Positions 1-12,724 are shown, counted from the stretch's first letter. The stretch: 64,000 nt of DNA from Octopus sinensis (GCF_006345805.1 NC_042998.1:128216001-128280000); one strand, 5' to 3'. Program-made: numbers and translations. Notes: generated by a model from the letters alone, not told the origin.

Positions 1-54
1 TGTAAAGGTCGGGATCTTTGGTTGCCATAAAGTAGTAACCGTTCTTTGAAAAAG
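1..54 (-). CDS. SMPDL3: SMPDL3-like phosphodiesterase, coding exon 4 (partial, runs off the window)
   Basis: Acceptor tttcttcctttaatag|CT TTT; completes the codon A|CT and reads TFSKNGYYFMATKDPDLY, matching the family TF.KGGYY segment that precedes LNTN. Confidence 0.88.
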
Positions 55-1449
55 CTATTAAAGGAAGAAATTAAAAGAAATAATAGCATTTCTGAAAGAA
101 TTTAAATTACTAAAAGGCGAATTTACTTCTGTCCATGTGAATTAACTGATAATATAAAGAAATCGTTACAAATATGTTAAATATGTTAAAAGATGTGAGA
201 AAGTTATCGCAGTTGACCACCTCCAGACAGATTTGATGATTTTACCGTGACTAGTTCAGTGTCTCACTGTTCAAAGTTCATATCGTTGTTTTAGAAGTCA
301 AGAAAATAACTGCACACAGAGCTCTCTCTCTCTCCTATCAGTCTTATGCTACAACTAAATAATTTTAAAAGAAAGAACTGCATAGTAATTTAAATATTCC
401 AGTCTGTCAATTTCATCTTACTCTTCTGCTTCTTCCAACTAGTTGGCTTGTGGCCATACTGGAGCACAGCTTATATCTTAAATCATTTATGTTTGTACTA
501 CTTTCAATCGAAAGTTAAGCTGTCAGAGTGGTTCTTTGCGATCTGAGTTCAAATCCAGCCGAGGTCAAATTTGCCTTTCATACTTTAGTAGTCGATAAAG
601 GAAGTACCAGTCCAGAACGATAGGTTGGTGGAACAACGACAGCAATGGAGAAGATGGTGTAGTATTTGTTCTGCATCTTTTCGTTCTGCCGATAGCCAAG
701 TCTCATTACCCAACCATTCCTCCAACCAACAATTGACCAACTTGGAAAGAAAACCCTACAAACAACATAGATAATCTGGGAACGATATATTGAGTCTTTC
801 ATCCTGCCAGCTCGCCGCCTTATAACAGAAAATAATAACGATATTGTCGATAGACTTTAGGTGCTTCCCCGCTTGAAACTGTTATCTGTAGCCCTCATCA
901 CAAATGAATATAATATTTTCAAAAAAACTTAATTAGAAGCTGAACCTGCCATGTGGAAATTCAGTTTGGAACTCTTTCAAATTTTCTGTCGGGTTGCAAA
1001 ATGTTTGATCTATCGTCTACAGGTTTCTATGTAAAATTTGTTGATTTGAATAAGTAGTTGGAAATATCATTTGAAGATTATTTAAATAACTGAATTATTT
1101 AAATATCTTCTACATATATTCCTAGCTGTTACATCTAACATCATCGGGTATGGTAAGTATTGCTTGATACTAACATATATACATGACAAGATGATATAAT
1201 CATTAAATTTAACGAGATATTACGTAGTTTACAGCTTCTGAAATGGAATACTGCCAAAGTCGCTGTAACCCTTAATGAACCCCGAGAATTAGGCAACTTT
1301 TTCGTTTATTCTGTTCGAACATTTAGACTTCGTAAAGCAACCAATTTGTAAAAGTGAGGGTGTATTGTTGATTGAAGGGAACACAATATACTATTAATGA
1401 AGGTATTTTCCTTGGTTTCTCGACTTGGTAGAAATAGGAGCAAAATCTT

Positions 1450-1927
1450 TGGCGGAATTCTACTTTACGCACGGCATATAACCCCTCATAACTTTTTTTA
1501 TTTTTTAGAATTTTCAGAAAATGTTTGCGAATTTATATCCTATACATGGAAATTCATACGATAACATAAAAACCAAAATAAAAAAACTTTTGCTGTGATT
1601 TAAGGGTTATTTAGCCGTTATTTTTAGCACATCTCATGACCATCTCATACCATCCTCGTTTGTTTGTCAGTCTAATGTATTGATGCTTTCCGATATCTTT
1701 CTTCTCATAAACACATTTAATGGTCTATTCCTAGGATTTAAGCCAAAGATTCTGACTGTCCATATTCTAAACTGTGATTTAACTTTTTTTTCGAAAACTT
1801 TAAAAAAAATTTTCATAGTCTTGTGAACTAATGTGTATAGAATACAAATTCGCAAGAGTTTTCTGAAAATTCCAAAAAAAAAAAATTATGTGAAGTTATA
1901 TGCTGTGCGTAAAGCAGAATTCTGCCA
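1450..1927. mobile_element. MITE-like element with ~95 bp terminal inverted repeats
   Basis: tggcggaattctactttacgcacggcatataac...gcgaatttatatcctatacat (1450-1548) is the imperfect reverse complement of 1831-1927; no coding capacity. Confidence 0.75.
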
Positions 1928-2092
1928 ATTCTTTCTTCAATCGCACGTTAATGCCTTGACAAAAAGGGAAATACACATTAGATCATGTTGTTCTATATAT
2001 CTTGAAAAAGACGAGATGGCTACGGCAAAAATTCTTTTCATCGTAGGTCTGATCTTTCAGTACTGACCTGGCGCTAAACAAAAACGGTTAAA

Positions 2093-2493
2093 TATTCTTT
2101 TCTACTCTAGGCGCAAGGACCGAAATTTTGGGAAGGGGGCCAGTCGATTAGACTGACTCCAGTACGCAATTGGTACTTAATTTATCAAACCCGAAAGAAT
2201 GAAAGGCCAAGTAGACCTCGGCGGAATTTGAACTCAGAACGTAGCGGCAGACGAAATACCTATTTCTTTACTACCCACAAGGGGCCAAACACAGAGAGGA
2301 CAAACAAGGACAGACAAACAGATTAAGTCGATTACATTTACCCCAGTGCGCAACTGGTAGTTAATTTATCGACCCCGAAAGGATGAATGGCAAAGTCGAC
2401 CTCGGCGGAATTTGAACTCAGAACGTAGCGGCAGACGAAATACAGCTACGCATTTCGCCCCGCGTGCCAACGTTTCTGCCAGCTCGCCGCCTT
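2093..2493 (-). mobile_element. tRNA-type SINE family A, head-to-tail dimer
   Basis: Reverse complement of ggcggcgagctggcagaaacgtt...gagttcaaattccgccgaggtcgactttgcctttcatcctttcggggtcgataaattaagtaccag, present twice. Has a B-box-like gagttcaaattcc; the central segment resembles the MetaSINE-type domain (from memory). Confidence 0.85.
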
Positions 2494-2645
2494 AAAACGA
2501 TTGTATATTTCACGACCATTGGTAGAAGAAAAGTTAACCCTGGCAAAATTTGAACCTATAACGCTGATGATCGAAAATTAGTGCAAATATTCAGTTCGAT
2601 TCTTTCTTGCTTATACTAACTCTCTACTCTTTAGTCGTGAACATA

Positions 2646-2869
2646 CAGGATGCGGCAGAAGTAACGCCCTTTTTGCATTTAATAAAATTTTATTATATAT
2701 AAATGTTTATTAAGTAATTTTTTTACTGAACACAAATTTATAGCATTACTTGAAGAAACGAATAGTAAACTAATGGAAAAAATTGCAGAAGTTTTAGGAA
2801 ATAAAAAAGAACCTCAATTAGAAACTAGAAAACTCAAATACAAAAGGGCGTTACTTCTGCCGCACTCTG
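2646..2869. mobile_element. Tc1/mariner-type MITE
   Basis: ta|caggatgcggcagaagtaacgcccttttt ... aaaagggcgttacttctgccgcactctg; ~30 bp TIRs in TA context. Confidence 0.8.
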
Positions 2870-3712
2870 CATATATAAAAAAATACAAAGAAATTAACTT
2901 ATTGCAGACACACCGGCCTTCATGGCCGTAAAACAAAGTTTATGGTAAGCGTTTATAATTACATAGATTGTGTTTTAAAAACGGCGAGAAAAATTTGCGG
3001 TTTAACTTGAACATAGTTCAAAATGTAAGTCATAATCGAAACATGTTATTATCAGTTCTGAAACTGAATCAAATAATTTTTTTTTAAATATGAAAAACTA
3101 CTAAAAATTAATTATCTGATATGATAGGCGTTGGGTGATATTAGTGAGGTCACCATCCGAGAAAATTATGAGTCATTCGATCTCATAACCACTGGTACTA
3201 AGAAGGCGCGTGACCTAGATGTTATGTAAATGGATTCTTGATCATTAGGTAGTGAGTTTATTGTATCCGTGAGCAAGATGCTTTATTTTGCGTTGCTCCA
3301 CTTCTTTAGTCAGTAAAAATGTGTATTGTAACAGTCACAGCACCCGAACAGCTTCAAGTTCGAGCAAAGTATTAATGAGTCAATGACACGACCTTCTACT
3401 GATACTTGAGATAGTACTATTAGTTCTATACCTGATATTATAAATAGCACGAGATTATTAAAGCTACGTTAAAACAAAAATATCTTCAGTCAGTAACTTT
3501 TATCTTTTGCTTGTTTCAGTTATTAGACTGCGGCCCTGCTGGGGTACCACCTAGAAGAATTTTTAATTGAATGAATAAGCCCCAGTACTTTTATTTTGCT
3601 AAGCCTGGTACTTATTTTATCGGTCTCTTGCCGAAGCGCTAAGTTACAGGGACGTAAACACACCGACACCGATTGTCAAGCGGTGTTGGGGGACAAACAG
3701 ATGTAAAGGCAT

Positions 3713-3745
<33 letters not shown>

Positions 3746-3769
3746 CACGCATACACATATATGTATATT

Positions 3770-4055
3770 AATATTAATAATGATAAAGAGTAAGGGAACT
3801 TGTACATCCACAAAATATATTTTATAGTTATATACAGCATATTGTAATGACCAAACACTTTGAGGATGACCAAACTTACGGACCAAACGGACGGATCCTG
3901 ATGAAGTTGCACCGACAATATTACAAGGTTGCATTTGCAACATTGAGTAGTCGCTGCAGCGGAAACACGTGTAAGTCATTACAATATGCTGAATATAAAC
4001 TATAAAATATATTTTGTGGATGTACAAGTCTCCATACTGTTTATTATTATTAATA
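3770..4055. repeat. Foldback element (~80 bp arms) enclosing a hammerhead motif
   Basis: acttgtacatccacaaaatatattttatagttatatacagcatattgtaatgac (3798-3851) vs gtcattacaatatgctgaatataaactataaaatatattttgtggatgtacaagt (3975-4029), with weaker similarity extending further out. Confidence 0.85.
3894..3977 (+). ncRNA. Minimal type I hammerhead ribozyme motif
   Basis: Core CTGATGA (3898-3904); stem II gttgcaccgac/gtcgctgcagc; GAAA (3962-3965); palindromic helix III ACACGTGT (3965-3972); GUA cleavage triplet; weak stem I (gatc/agtc). Confidence 0.7.
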
Positions 4056-4711
4056 TTAATATATAATCCGGAAAATGTTTAACGTCCAGCGAAGAGTACA
4101 CGGAATTAGCCATAGGAAGAATTCACGGAACGACTAACAACTAATTGTAGTCACAGACGTTAGGTACTTACCGTTGTGGTCAGCCATTAACTGGAACTTA
4201 AGTGAGAGCTAATACGGTATCCGCTCGGATTTATCCCTCCAAACTCACTCATATATATATATATATATACACGACGACAGCTTCTTTTATTTTCAGTCTA
4301 CCAAATTCACTCACAAAGGCTTTAGTCGGCCCGAGGCTATAGTAGAAGACACTTGCCCAAAGTGTCACGCAGTGGGATTGAACACGGAACCGTGTGGTTG
4401 GGAAGCAAGCTTCTTACCACACAACCAAGCCTGTTTATGTTTGCGTCTCAATTTGTATAAGTGTGTATCGCCACAGACTGAAGTGAGATGGCCGGATCGT
4501 AAGCGTGTTGAAATATCAACTGCTTTGATTAAATCAGGTGTGTAACTCGCTGACACGATTGAAATTTTCACTAGAAACCTCAAAAAAACATTCAGATGCA
4601 ATAAACTAATATCCTTTCTTGAAATTGATATAAGGTTTTATTCACTAAAGATGACGGAAAGATGATTAAATCGTATTTTAAGGTTTATGAAAGAATTAGA
4701 AAATATTGATT

Positions 4712-4885
4712 TCAAATGTTGGCACAGGGCTAGTAATATGAGGGAGGGGATGAGTCGATGTTGTCAATCCAGCACTCAATTGGTACTTATTTTATCGACC
4801 CCGAAAGGATGAAAGGCAAAGTCGACCTCAGTGGATTTTGAACTCAGAACGTAAAGACGGACGAAATGTCGCTAAATGTTTTTCA
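4712..4885 (-). mobile_element. SINE family A copy
   Basis: ggtacttattttatcgaccccgaaaggatgaaaggcaaagtcgacctc...gaactcagaacgtaaag. Confidence 0.8.
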
Positions 4886-5469
4886 CTACCTTGTAAAATT
4901 AGAAAATACATCCCATCAAATAGGATACAGTCAACTAACGTCTAAAGGGGGTGTAATTACTACCTAGAAGTGCAATACATGGAAGAAAGCATGCGGCATG
5001 TGACAACATTCGTCTAATGAAAAATTCATAGACTACGGACGAACAGGAGACGCTAACTTAATAAATAGAAGTAGAAATATAGACATATCAGATCGATGCT
5101 TTGTACAAGAGAACTTACACTTTATATAAAAACAGACTGTTTCCAATCAATGAAAACTTCCCGAGAAACAGAAGTTGAACGAGCATTGTCCTTCTGACAC
5201 CGATTCCATTGATTACAAAGAAACCTGCAAGACACGTCAATGTCACTCGACTTCACGCAATTGAAATCGATCGCAATTGAAGATGCCTGTCTACCGACGG
5301 ATTTGGAGCGTCTTTGTTCCTGTCGTGGTTGCTGTCATTCATATTATTGTCGTTGTTGTCATTGTCGCTGTTGTTCTTTAGCGCCAGATCAAAGACGGGC
5401 CTACCGTGACGATCTCCTCTTTTATTCAGACATAGTGAATCTAGGACTACATGATCCAGTGGGTTACTC

Positions 5470-5876
5470 TTTTACTTGTTTCAGTCATTTAACTGTGGCT
5501 ATGCTGGAGCACTGCCTTTAGTCGAGCAAATCCACCCCAGGACTTATTCTTTGTAAGCCTAGTACTTATTCTATCGGTCTCTTTTGCCGAACCGCTAAGT
5601 TACGGGGACGTAAACGCACCAGCATCGATTGTCAAGCGATGTTGGGGGAACAAACACAGACACGCAAACATACACACACACACATATATATATATACATA
5701 TATATATATACGACGGGTTTCTTTCAGTTTCCGTCTAGCAAATCCACTCACAAGGCTTTGGTCTGCCCGTAGCTATAGTAGAAGACACTTGCCCAAGGTG
5801 CCACGCAGTGAGACTGAACCCGAAACCATGTGGATCGTAAGCAAACTACTTACCACACAGCCACTCCTACGCCTTT
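5470..5876 (-). mobile_element. SINE family B, full copy
   Basis: Reverse complement of aggcgtaggagtggctgtgtggtaag...caccttgggcaagtgtcttctactat...agacggaaactgaaagaaacccgtcg-(TA/CA)n-...gtttacgtccccgtaacttagcggttcggcaaaagagaccgatag...ctccagcatagcc. Confidence 0.85.
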
Positions 5877-5968
5877 GTTTAGGGGTTTTCTCCTTCGTTT
5901 TTTCTTTTTCTTTTTAACTGAAGGTTTATATGTTCATGCACTATGTTTTCATATCTATACTTTTAGTA

Positions 5969-6038
<70 letters not shown>

Positions 6039-6079
6039 ATTTGTAGACTTACGAGTCTACATATGTATGCATGTGTGTA

Positions 6080-6294
6080 CGAGGGAGTGTTGAAAAGTTC
6101 CTGATTTCGGGTAAAGATACAGGAGAATCAGTCAATAATGATGTTTTTTATTCAATGTATTCCCCTCTCACTTATTACACTTATTACAGCGGTCCTTCAA
6201 TTTTCTAATCCCTGTAAAAGAACTCGGAAGGTTGGGCCTCCAACCAGACCTTCCGTGATACCCTTAAAGCCAGGAACTTTTCAGTACTCCCTCG
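6080..6294 (-). mobile_element. Mariner-derived MITE
   Basis: ta|cgagggagtgttgaaaagttcctg ... caggaacttttcagtactccctcg|ta. The interior retains the transposase C-terminus (GIRKLKDRCNK..GEYIE*). A second copy lies at ~15460-15672. Confidence 0.85.
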
Positions 6295-7241
6295 TACGTG
6301 GGAAAGACTGAGTGAGAAGGGGAAAGGAAAACAGTATTCGGGAGACCACTTAAGGTATCGTTCAACCTGCTAGAAAAAGAAACTATATGTTCCTACAATC
6401 ACATCATATTGTAAAAAAAAAAAATTGGAACAACAGCAGCAGCAGCAACAACAACAACAACAACAGATTACTTTTCATGGATAATTCTATATTTTAAACA
6501 CATAACATTATATACATAGTCTGATAGAAAAGTTACTAACTGTATTGTATTCATTCTTCTATAATAATCAAATGTCGGTTAACCAATTTTTTTCCTCCTT
6601 TTTGAATTCTTATTCAGGCTTGTTTTTGTTTAGCACTTGATCAGCTTTCATCAAGAATGATTAAAATCGAAAACATTCCCGCTGTATCCATCCCGCATTT
6701 TATTTCGTCTTACTGTATTTAGGACTACATTATGCAATGCACTCTTTCCATATTAAGAATGTAGAATGTAATTTGGGAAAGATGATTTAGGTATCATATC
6801 TAGCAGTTCGAGAAACGTCCATGTAGGAAGAAACAGCTTCATTAGCTCGATTTTGTGTAATTAGTGCGAACTTGTTCCAATGGAAATACATTCAGCTTTA
6901 ACTATATAAGTATACAATAAAATACTGTATATGTGTATGCATCCTTAGATATTAACTCCTATTTGCTTCAATATTTACAAATATATGTGCAGTAGATATC
7001 AATAACGCGTTGGATTCTATGTATTATATACTTATATGCAACTATATCAATGCAAACGCATGTTCTAACATGTCATAAACTAACTGTGCTGAGTTGCTGC
7101 TGCTGTTGTTGTTGCTATTGCTGCTGCTGCTTCTACTCTTTTTCGTTTTTTGTTTCAGTGGCATGAGGTAAATTTTGATTAGCTGTTCAATTGATTAATT
7201 CATTATCTCACTCATTGATTTTATATTGAATATTGACTTAC

Positions 7242-7480
7242 TTTCTATCAAATCTGCTGTGAGCCATTCTTCAGCAAGTTTCTTAAAATATAGATTTGGT
7301 ACATCTGTTGCAATGGGACACTGCGCATCTGGAAAAAGGTCATGGTTGCCAAGACTTGAAGCAAGTGGAATTTGGGGGAAATGTGCCTTCAAAATGTCTG
7401 TGCAGTTCTTGATGATTTCAAGATTCTTTGATTTATTCAGAACGAGATTCTCGTTCATGCGTGGATGTAGAACAGTGTCA
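7242..7480 (-). CDS. SMPDL3: SMPDL3-like phosphodiesterase, coding exon 3
   Basis: Acceptor ttattatag|T GAC, donor GAA A|gtaagt. Reads DTVLHPRMNENLVLNKSKNLEIIKNCTDILKAHFPQIPLASSLGNHDLFPDAQCPIATDVPNLYFKKLAEEWLTADLIE, with the LGNHD metal-binding motif. Phases match both neighbours. Confidence 0.93.
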
Positions 7481-8779
7481 CTATAATAAAATAGTAATGA
7501 ATGAATAAAACGGTAGTAAATAAAATAAATTCTAACACGTAAAGGCCACATATTTAGGTGGGGTCGGTATAGTTGATTTTAACGGATACCGCACTAGACT
7601 AGTATTTATTTTATTTACCCTGGAACCCGGAGATATGAATTAAAAGTTAACCCACATTGAATTTAAACTCAGAATGTAAAGCCGTTCTTTACACTCTGAG
7701 ATTAAATCACGTTCTATCGATTCTTCTACTCGGGAGTAATAAAATAAAATATAAATATTTATTTCTGTATCTATTTGTTTCGCGTACGAGCGTGATAAAT
7801 AAAGTGAGCATGCTTAAAATCTAGTGAAATCTAGGTAAAATTGTGATTAACCCAATTGACTTTAGAGAAGAGGAGTAAAGATGTTCTGATGTCCGTACCT
7901 TTTACGTTCCTGCTAAAAACCAGAACTCTTATATAGCCAATGGACTTTAGAAACGCATACAAATCACTATATCTAATCCCATTGCCTTGTGAATCTAGAG
8001 TATTTACAATTTCAAAAGTAGGCAATATTGATATTTTGCATATGGCCTCTTAAATGAGGAGGTAAGAGCGCAGGAAGCGGTTTCAATTTGCAATAAAAGT
8101 AAATATTTTTCATTCTTGTTGTTAAATTCTCATTGGAAAAGTGTGACTTACGCTTCACGTCCCTTCTATTCTAAAAGTTAAAATGTCTTTGTTCAGGTTA
8201 AAAATACACCAATAATCTGGTAGTTGCTCCCTCGTAACGTAAAAGACTCTAATTCAGACCGAAATCATTTTACATTACTGGCGTTTCTATAGGAATAGCA
8301 AAAAGTGGTCACTATTCCCCTTCCTATGAAATTTTCATTCTTATTTAAAGATTAAAGGCTTTCATATTTACATCTGCAGCGTGTTTCAATCAATTTGATC
8401 ACCAGTCGTCATCGGGTGTCTTTTTCCTGTATGATTACATAGTACTACATTGGAGTCGGAATAACAACTTTTATTACTAAACAAAGGATAATAACGTTCT
8501 CATTCACTACGCCACTGGTGCATTTTATATTTCCGCTATGTACTCATACAATAATGAGACACCTAATGAATACCGCAAGCCAAACCGATTGGAACATATA
8601 ATAGATGTAGTATTGAAAATGTTTAATTTTTAAAGACGACTAATAGTCTGAAAAATTATAATCTTAATAACCTTTCCTCTTTGAAGAAATCTTTAAAGAC
8701 AATATCTTAATCTTAATCCTCTTTTCTGGTGGTTGGGTAAACAAGAAAATAAGTCGTAATAGCTAATTGCTATACTTGC

Positions 8780-8978
8780 CCTGTCCAGACAATAAAGTCA
8801 ACATGAGAATTGATGGTTTTCATTTCTTTGATAATGCTTTCAATCAGTATCGCCGGTGCGTCACAGGAATAGTCGCCAAATTTTCCGTAGTTCTTGTTAA
8901 TGGCATTGCAGGAATAGGGGATTTCAAGTTCGTTGTAGGTGAAATCATAATGGAGGTCTGTTATGTGCCAAAAGTAAC
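8780..8978 (-). CDS. SMPDL3: SMPDL3-like phosphodiesterase, coding exon 2
   Basis: Acceptor ctcag|GT TAC; 199 nt reading (G)YFWHITDLHYDFTYNELEIPYSCNAINKNYGKFGDYSCDAPAILIESIIKEMKTINSHVDFIVWTG. Contains the calcineurin-like DxH motif and the G.FGDY.CD.P signature of the ASM/SMPDL3 family. Ends ACA GG|gcaagt. Confidence 0.93.
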
Positions 8979-9185
8979 CTGAGATAGATAGATAGATAGA
9001 TAGATGGATAGATAAAAGGATTGATAAAAGCCGATTAAGTAAAACAACATTTAATATATTACAGTCAATAACGCGGCAGCTTGTAAAGAATCGTTAGCAC
9101 GCCGGGCAAAATGCTTGCTGCCCTTGTGCCAAAATTTGAAAATAGTATACTACAGTTTAAATATTACCGCATATAGGGTTTATAC

Positions 9186-9239
<54 letters not shown>

Positions 9240-9289
9240 CTCTGTGTGAATGTTAGTAAGTGTCTTTTAGTACTAATATTCTGATTCAC

Positions 9290-10112
9290 ACTAAGGTGGC
9301 GGACCGGCAGAATCGCTAGCATGCCGGGCAAAATGTTTAGCGGCATTTTATCCGTCTTTTCGTTCTGAATTCAAATTCCGCTGAAATCGACTTTGCTTTT
9401 TATCGTTCGGGATTGTTAAAATAAGTCCCTGTTGATCACTAGGGTCGATTTACCACTTCCCCAAAAGTTCTGGCCTTGTACCAAAATTCAGAAATTAATA
9501 TTCTGGTTGCCATTCTTATAAGCTATAAAATGAGCGGTATAAAATATAGTAAGACCTGTAGCAAATACCCAGTGAATTGGATCAACGATAGAGGTTTGAT
9601 CCCCGAGTAAGCTACTATCATTCAGCATTGACTATCTCATTTGTCGTTGCTCGGGTCCCCAAATTGAAGCTCAATCACACTAAACTGAAAGATCATTGCA
9701 TTATTACTCCTATTTTCAAGGCGAAAAGTTGGCAGAATCTTTAGCACGCCGGGCAAAATTCTCTGCAGCATTTCGTCCGTCCTTACGTTCTGAGTTCAAA
9801 TTCTGCTGAGGTCGATTTTGACTTTCGCATTTTCAGGGTCGATAAATAAAGTACCAGTGAAACACTGGAATCGATGTAATCGACTTACCTCTCACATAAT
9901 TTTAGGCCTTGTGTCTTTAATGGAAAAGATTATTACTCGTATTCTCGAGGCGGTGAGCTGGTAGAATCGTTAACATACTGGATAAAGTGCTTAGCGGCAT
10001 TTCGTTTTTTGAGTTTAGATTCCGCCGAGGTCGACTTTACCTTTCATTCTTTTAGTGCCGATAAATTAGGTATCAGTTAAGCATGAGGGTAATCGACTTA
10101 CTCCTTCCCAAA
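9290..10112 (+). mobile_element. Three degenerate SINE family A copies
   Basis: Copies at ~9290-9500, 9716-9935 and 9946-10112, each with gcagaatc.ttagcacgccggg...gagttcaaattc...gtcgataaataagtacc. Confidence 0.75.
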
Positions 10113-10804
10113 AATTTTAAATCATTATTACTCGTATTCTGACCAAACTTTAAAAGAACACGATACGAAAAGGAGAGTTCAACATATGATGCAACGATGT
10201 TTATCGTTCACCTTAATGCATCGATTGCAATGTGAAAATGTATGTATACAATGTTAAGATGATAATCAAATACAATATTTGTGAACGAGAATATTTGCGT
10301 GCATGAGTGGTCAGGTGCGTGCATGGTCAGGTTGTTTAAAAAGTTCGTTAACAATCATGAGATCATGCACTTGGTCTCACTGCAGAACATCTTCGGGGAG
10401 TGATTTTTATCAAACCTCGAACAGACACAAGCCTTCTCAATGAAAATGAGTAGAGGGAATTTATGCAGAAGCTAGTCGAACGAGATGTACCTGTGAATCA
10501 AATCATCACACTTATTAAGATAGTATCACACTGATTTTCTTTCAAAATGATGTCAACGTTGCACTTGCCTGTGTAATATTCAAACACCTTCGCTATCATT
10601 CATTGTGTAAGCAGTACAAACGAAGGAACGACTGACAATTAGAATAGTTATCGTCGACATATATAAACACATGAGTTAAAGGAGTGAGATAAAATATGTA
10701 CAGTGATGGATATGCGATCATGAATTAAAATATTTACTGAAACTAAAGTTTGTTATGCGTTCATATTCAGGCGTATTTTGTACTTTTCGATAAATATATT
10801 TTAT

Positions 10805-11790
10805 TTATTTAATCGTTCTTGTACAGAAGCTTTCTTTGCACTGGTAGATGAAGAAAACCGTAAAGTTTGGTTGGAGATTCCCTGCACATCTCTCTATGTG
10901 TTCACTCAAAGATATTTGTTTATACCTCGGGAAACGGATCTGTTCCTTATGCAGTGTAGTTCTCCGTCTCAGTGACATATTTGTTTGGGCTACATAGTTG
11001 TGTCCATAACCTGAACAAGTTATGACATAAATTAAATTTTCAGACGCACAAGTGAAATTGGTCTTAATTGTGAATCTCTCTCGTTGTTTGAAGTGAAATT
11101 TCGAACCTTCCAGTAGGTTGGGGCACGTTCCACAATTTGGACGTCCGCATTTTTTAACTATTAGTTTCGTTGTTGTTGTTGTTGTTGTGTGCATCTTTGA
11201 ATTTGGCAGTAGTCTTTTCAGTGATTTGGGCTGCTTTTTACATTTGGTGAATTCATGTTTTAAGAATGTAGTTCATCTTTGAATCCCTAGTGAGCATTAA
11301 CAGATTTGGAACAATGGTGTTATATGCCTCAATGTTTCTAGGGTTGTGAGTCGATATATATATAGTAGTATTTTCAGATAAGTTGTGGGAATCCGTTTTG
11401 TTTTCCTTGGTGTTTTAAAACCTATTTTCTTGGCACGTTTAATTCCATCATCTATAAATGAGGGCGGATAGTGTCTCTCGGCTAGTGTTGTTCTGGGAAC
11501 TTGAAGACGGAGAGTCCAGAGTATTTGCATCAGACACCATTGTGCAAATCCTGTTAGCTAAATTAAAAGGAATGTTTCTTTTGATGTGCTTCGAGTGACA
11601 TGAACTAAACAAGATATTGTTTCGAGTCTGCTGGTTTATCATGAATGTCGGTTATAATTTGGTTGTTGACTTTTTTATCAGAATATCTAAGAAAGCGAGT
11701 TGTTTTTTTTACTATATCCAATGTAAACTAAATTTTGGGGTTTATACTATTTGGTATTGATTTAAATTCCAAAAGTTTATCAACGGCTTC
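10805..11790 (-). mobile_element. Penelope-like element 3' fragment (RT thumb + GIY-YIG), degenerate
   Basis: Frameshifted frames read LAFLDILIKK..ITDIHDKPADSKQYL, FSSCHSKHIKRNIPFNLANRICTMVS, and CGRPNCGTC...FTCASENLIYVITC..Y..QT..SLRRRTTLH (zinc-finger-linked GIY-YIG). Confidence 0.85.
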
Positions 11791-12687
11791 ATTCCAAATG
11801 AGATCTTTTACAGTTCTCTCTTTTCTCTCTTCTTCCTCCTTTTCCATTTCTCTTCTTCATTCCATTACTCACCTCCTTCCATCTTTCCTTTTCGAATAGC
11901 TCATGATCCTTCTTCCTGGACCTACCTTTGTTTCATGTTTCTCCTCTCTTCATCTCTTCCTTTTTCTCTTCTTTACTCTATTCCGTTATTTGTCTCTTTC
12001 CGTCCTTTATGCCCATCAAATGATCAAATACTTCTACTTGTGCTTCTAAAAGAAATTATATAGCTAATCTTCATTTGTTAATAAAAGGGGATTGAAGTGT
12101 GTTTGCTAATGAAATGAGCATTTCAAAAAGTTCAACAAAATGCGAATTAATTTTTTTTTATTTTTACGATTTCAGTCTCTAGCATTTTATGGCTCAACTT
12201 TTTATTAAACCTTTTCCTGTAAAACAACCATTTTTTATTTTTATTTTCTAGAAAGATCTAAAGTTTGAAAATTTTGTTGACCTTTTTTCCATTTAAATTT
12301 CTTGTCTTTTAAGATCGTATTATATCATTTAGTATTTAGTACCGTTACCATCGTTAGTCCAATTTTACCCCCATACCACGTTTAGGAGATAGTTGGCCAC
12401 CACTGATTTTTAATTTTTATTTTATAATGAGGCAATGAATATTTTAACAAAGTATATGCAATTTTCACCAAGTTTAAGAAAGTTTATGGAAATTAAAGAC
12501 TTGAAAAATCGATATTTCTAACTATTTCTAATGCGCGGCGAGGTTACGGAATTATAAAACAGATGGAAGAGCATTGTACAAAATGAAGGAAAGTATATTT
12601 TAGATTAACAAAGAATTTCATTTATCTTAATTTTGAAAAATAAAAGTATAAAAAATCAGCTAGTATGTATATAAATGTGTGTGTATG

Positions 12688-12724
<37 letters not shown>

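Larger units (their letters stand above)
3490..4435 (-). mobile_element. SINE family B split by a nested insertion
   Basis: The 3' half (3490-3715) and 5' half (4255-4435) match the intact copy at 5470-5876. About 540 bp of other DNA sits inside the internal (CA)/(TA) tract. Confidence 0.75.

Noticed and set aside
7831-8025. 64 aa ORF in SMPDL3 intron 2 as an extra exon
   Set aside because: Exons 2 and 3 already join to give the conserved WTGD motif; no family similarity.
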